64,000 nt of DNA from an uncultured Planctomycetota bacterium (GTDB lineage: Bacteria > Planctomycetota > Planctomycetia > Isosphaerales > Isosphaeraceae): assembly GCA_963823665.1 (NCBI GenBank), contig CAWGMQ010000004.1:1472001-1536000 (forward strand). Reading direction: 5' to 3'. The position numbers and the translations under genes were made by a program. The notes beneath the pieces were generated by a model that saw only the letters and a list, made by a program, of their open reading frames with translations, was not told the DNA's origin and did no database searches. This document shows positions 60,751 to 64,000 of this stretch, in pieces; the stretch's first letter is position 1, and each line of letters starts with the position of its first letter.

Positions 60751-63433
60751 ATGCCCAGACCGATTCTTCGTCTTAGCTTCTGTTTGTTGCTGGTCACGAG
60801 TGGGCATGCCTGGCCGGTCTGGGCCCAGAATCCGGATGGCTCCGGACGCGCGGCGCCCGAGCGCCGGCCCTTTGCCAAGCCCGGGGCGCCGCGGCAGCAA
60901 GAGCGGATCCGCTACTTCGACGTCCAGCACGTGAAGGCGGAGCTGACGCTCGCCACCAAGCAGAAGGAAGTTCGCGGCACCGTCACCCACACCTTGAGCC
61001 CGCTCCATCCGTACCTCAAGCAAATCGACTTCGATTGCGGGCCGGAGCTCAAGGTCACGAAAGTCACCAAGTCGATCAAGGGTTCGGGCGCAGTGCCTTG
61101 CAAGTTTGCCCTGAAAGACAGCACGCTTTCCGTCACACTCGACAGGCCCCATGGGCCCGGCGAAACCCTTAACCTGGCGATTGAGTATTCCGGCTCGCCC
61201 ACCAAAGGGCTCCAGTTCATTCTCACCGACCCTGCCTATCCCGATCGGCCGGTCGCGATCTGGACGCAGGGTCAGGCCGAGGACACGCGCTACTGGCTTC
61301 CCTGTTACGACTATCCCAACGAACGTGCAACTTCCGAGATGATCATCACGGCGCCAGACCCGCTATTCGTCGTCTCCAACGGCACGCTCCTCGAGACCAA
61401 GAAGAATGCCGGCGATACGACAACGTACCACTGGAAGATGGATGTGCCGCATGTCAGCTATTTGATCTCGCTGGCCGTCGGAGACTTTTCTGTCTACCAC
61501 GACAAGGTCGACGATCTGCCGGTCGACTACTACGTGGCCAAAGGCGTGGACGAGGCGACCGCCCGGCGTTTCATGGGCAAGACCCCCGCCATGATCCGCT
61601 TCTTCTCCAAATCGCTTGGCCAGCCTTACCCGTACGTGAAATACGCGACTACCTGCCTCCCTGACTTCGGCGGTGGAATGGAGAACATCTCCGCGACGTC
61701 GATGACCGACACGGCACTCCGCGACGAGATCGCTGCGCTCGAGGGCGACGCCGACGGCCTCGTTGCCCACGAGCTGGTGCACCAGTGGTTCGGCGACCTC
61801 CTGACCTGCAAGGATTGGTCTCACACCTGGCTGAATGAAGGCTTCGCGTCCTACTTCGACCCCCTCTTCGCCGAACACGACCGCGGCGAAGACGCGTTTC
61901 GCCTCAACATGGATGGTGAGCTGCAAAGCTATCTTCAGAACGACCGCCTCTATCGCCGGCCGATTGTGGAGACGCGATACGAATCGTCGCTTCAGATGTT
62001 CGATCGCATGACTTATGCGAAGGGCGCCTGCGTATTGCATGTGCTCCGGGGCATTCTTGGCGATGCCGTCTGGTGGAAAGGTATTCGCGCGTACGTCGCC
62101 GCGTACAAGTTTCAAGTCGTCGATACCGATGATTTCCGCAAGGCGATGGAAGCAGCCTCCGGAAAGGACCTGAAATGGTTCTTCGATCAGTGGCTCATGA
62201 AGGCCGGTCATCCCGAGCTCAAAGTGCGCTGGCGCTACGAAGAGGCCGACCAGACCGTGCGGGTGAAGGTTCTTCAGACGCAGACCCTGGACGAACAGAC
62301 CCCATTATTCAAGCTGCCGACGACCCTCGAGATCACCGAGGACGTTGGCAAGGCGCGCGTCGTTCCGATCGTGATCGACGCCGCGCTGCATGAATTTGTG
62401 ATTCCCGCCGCGACGAAGCCGCGGATGGTCCAGATCGATCCCGAAGGCTGGCTCATCAAGGAGCTCGACTTCGAGAAATCCTGGGAGGAAAACCGCTTCC
62501 AGCTCGAGCACGCCGGCTGTGTTCTCGGCCGATTGACGGCCGCCCGGGCACTCGCCAGGACAGCCAAGGACAATCCCGAGGCCATCAAAGCGCTGTCTGC
62601 GGCGTGGAAGCGAGAGAAAGCGATGCCGGCGCGTTCCGAAATCGTGAAGCTTCTTGGCACCGGTGACGAATCGTCCCGATCCGCGTTGCTCGAAGCGGCA
62701 AGGAACCCCGAAGCGAAGGTCCGCGTCGCCGCGATCGAGGGACTGGCCAAGCTCAAGCACGATGGTGCAACGGAGGCACTTTTCCGGGGGGCGTGGGCCA
62801 ATTCCAAGGAGGCCTACGGCGCGCGCAAGGCCGCATTGCGGGGTCTGGTCGCCTGGAAGTGCAAGGATGCCGATCAACTTCTCGAGCAAGCCCTCGGAAA
62901 CTCTGCTGACCATCACTCGATCGCCGGGACGGCTCTCGAGCTCATTCTGGAAACGAGTCGGCGCGAAGGCCCGAGAGCTCGCCGCGCTCTACAGTCGATA
63001 TGGCCAGCCGCGGGCGCTGCGGTCCGCTGCCATCGGCCGATTCGCCCGCCTCGCGAAAGACGACCCGGCTCTCCAGGACATCCTCGTCGGGCTCGTCGAC
63101 GATCCCGATCGTTCCGTGCGGTTTCGAGCGTGGGGGGCAGTGCGTGAGCTGAAATTGAAGAAGGCAGCGCCCGCCGTCACCGCCCGGCTCGGCCTTGAGG
63201 CCACAGGATTCAGCGGCATTGGCCGGCGCATGCTAGAGGACACACTCGAAGCATTGAAAGACACAGAGCCCAAGACCGCGGGCTCGAGCTCGAGTGCTGG
63301 GGCCAGGTCGATCGACGAGCTGGAGAAACAAGCCGCGGATCTCGAAAAAAGGGCCAGGGAGCTGAGAGAAAAGATCGAAGCTCTGAAGGTCAAGCCCTCG
63401 ACCGGTAAAGCCGCGGCCGCGAAAGCTGCGTAG
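60751..63433 (+). CDS. M1-family aminopeptidase (PepN-like) with HEAT-repeat C-terminus; frameshift at ~62957
   Basis: Signal peptide, WTQGQAED, GGMEN, HELVHQW...WLNEGFA, YAKGA. HEAT repeats continue in frame 62654-63433. Confidence 0.9.
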
Positions 63434-63599
63434 GGCTTTTTCGCTCGTCGACTTCCGGCGAAATCCATCGAGCTTGCTGCATTTCGCCAAGATCCCGCAA
63501 AATCGTTAAGGTCGACACAACCGGTTGTCCGATAAAAATCGCAGGTTGCCAGTCTCTGCGGAGAGACCCCATCGCCCGACTGTTGCGGGAGGCACTGCG

Positions 63600-64000
63600 A
63601 TGAGCCGTGTCCGTGCGCATGAAATCCGCTTCGACGTCCTCGAAGCCCGAGAGCTGCTAGCCGCATCCCATCCCGTCGTGGGGCCGCATACCACGCCCAT
63701 GATTGCCGCGACCCCGCTTGTCTTGAACGGTACGCTCGCTGTCGATAGTAACCTGACGTCCTCGATTGACAATGGCGACGGAAGCTCAACCACATCAACT
63801 CCGCTCGAGGGCAACCTGGGTTCACTCGGAAGGGTGACTGGTGTCTGGAATGAGAGTGTGGACTCGTTCGGCGAGCCGAGCGGGTTGAACGTCTTGCGGC
63901 TTCAAACCGGCAAGGGATCGCTGGTCATCACGTTCAGCACGGTGAACACGGCCAAAGCACACTCGGCGGGACATGGCGAAGTCTACTATGCGCGTGCGCA
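63600..64000 (+). CDS. Secreted planctomycete protein with LExRxLL motif, runs off the window end
   Basis: RBS GGAGG, then ATG 63600: MSRVRAHEIRFDVLEARELLAASHP..., open to 64000. Not in the ORF track. Confidence 0.75.
   Translation, partial: MSRVRAHEIRFDVLEARELLAASHPVVGPHTTPMIAATPLVLNGTLAVDSNLTSSIDNGDGSSTTSTPLEGNLGSLGRVTGVWNESVDSFGEPSGLNVLRLQTGKGSLVITFSTVNTAKAHSAGHGEVYYARA

Overview
GC-rich chromosomal window, very likely from a planctomycete of the Isosphaeraceae/Singulisphaera type. This is inferred from a DUF1559 prepilin gene, LExRxLL-type secreted proteins, membrane-anchored ECF sigma factors and Ser/Thr kinase-TPR proteins. It holds about 45 protein genes: an Mla-type ABC system, a TsaC-like/LMW-phosphatase fusion, a glycoside hydrolase, TolC, an RND efflux + two-component + DUF190 operon, glyA, a zinc-finger kinase / ~2900-aa FG-GAP surface protein / ECF sigma cluster, MMPL and Nramp-like transporters, and an M1 aminopeptidase. 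I saw no rRNA, tRNA, CRISPR array, transposase or prophage. About ten small frameshifts split otherwise intact genes, which most likely reflects assembly indel errors. The most notable items missing from the ORF track are: a promoter- and RBS-supported ~29-aa Arg/Lys-rich micro-protein gene (13208-13296); an ECF sigma with an in-frame loss of region 4; a degenerate TsaC domain fused to a YwlE-type phosphatase; gene remnants (FluC-like helix, alpha/beta-hydrolase tail) bracketing the efflux module; an orphan RHH antitoxin with its operator and a toxin stub; and several REP-like repeat families. All family calls come from motif recognition by eye, not database searches. I cannot show a wholly new multi-gene system from sequence alone.
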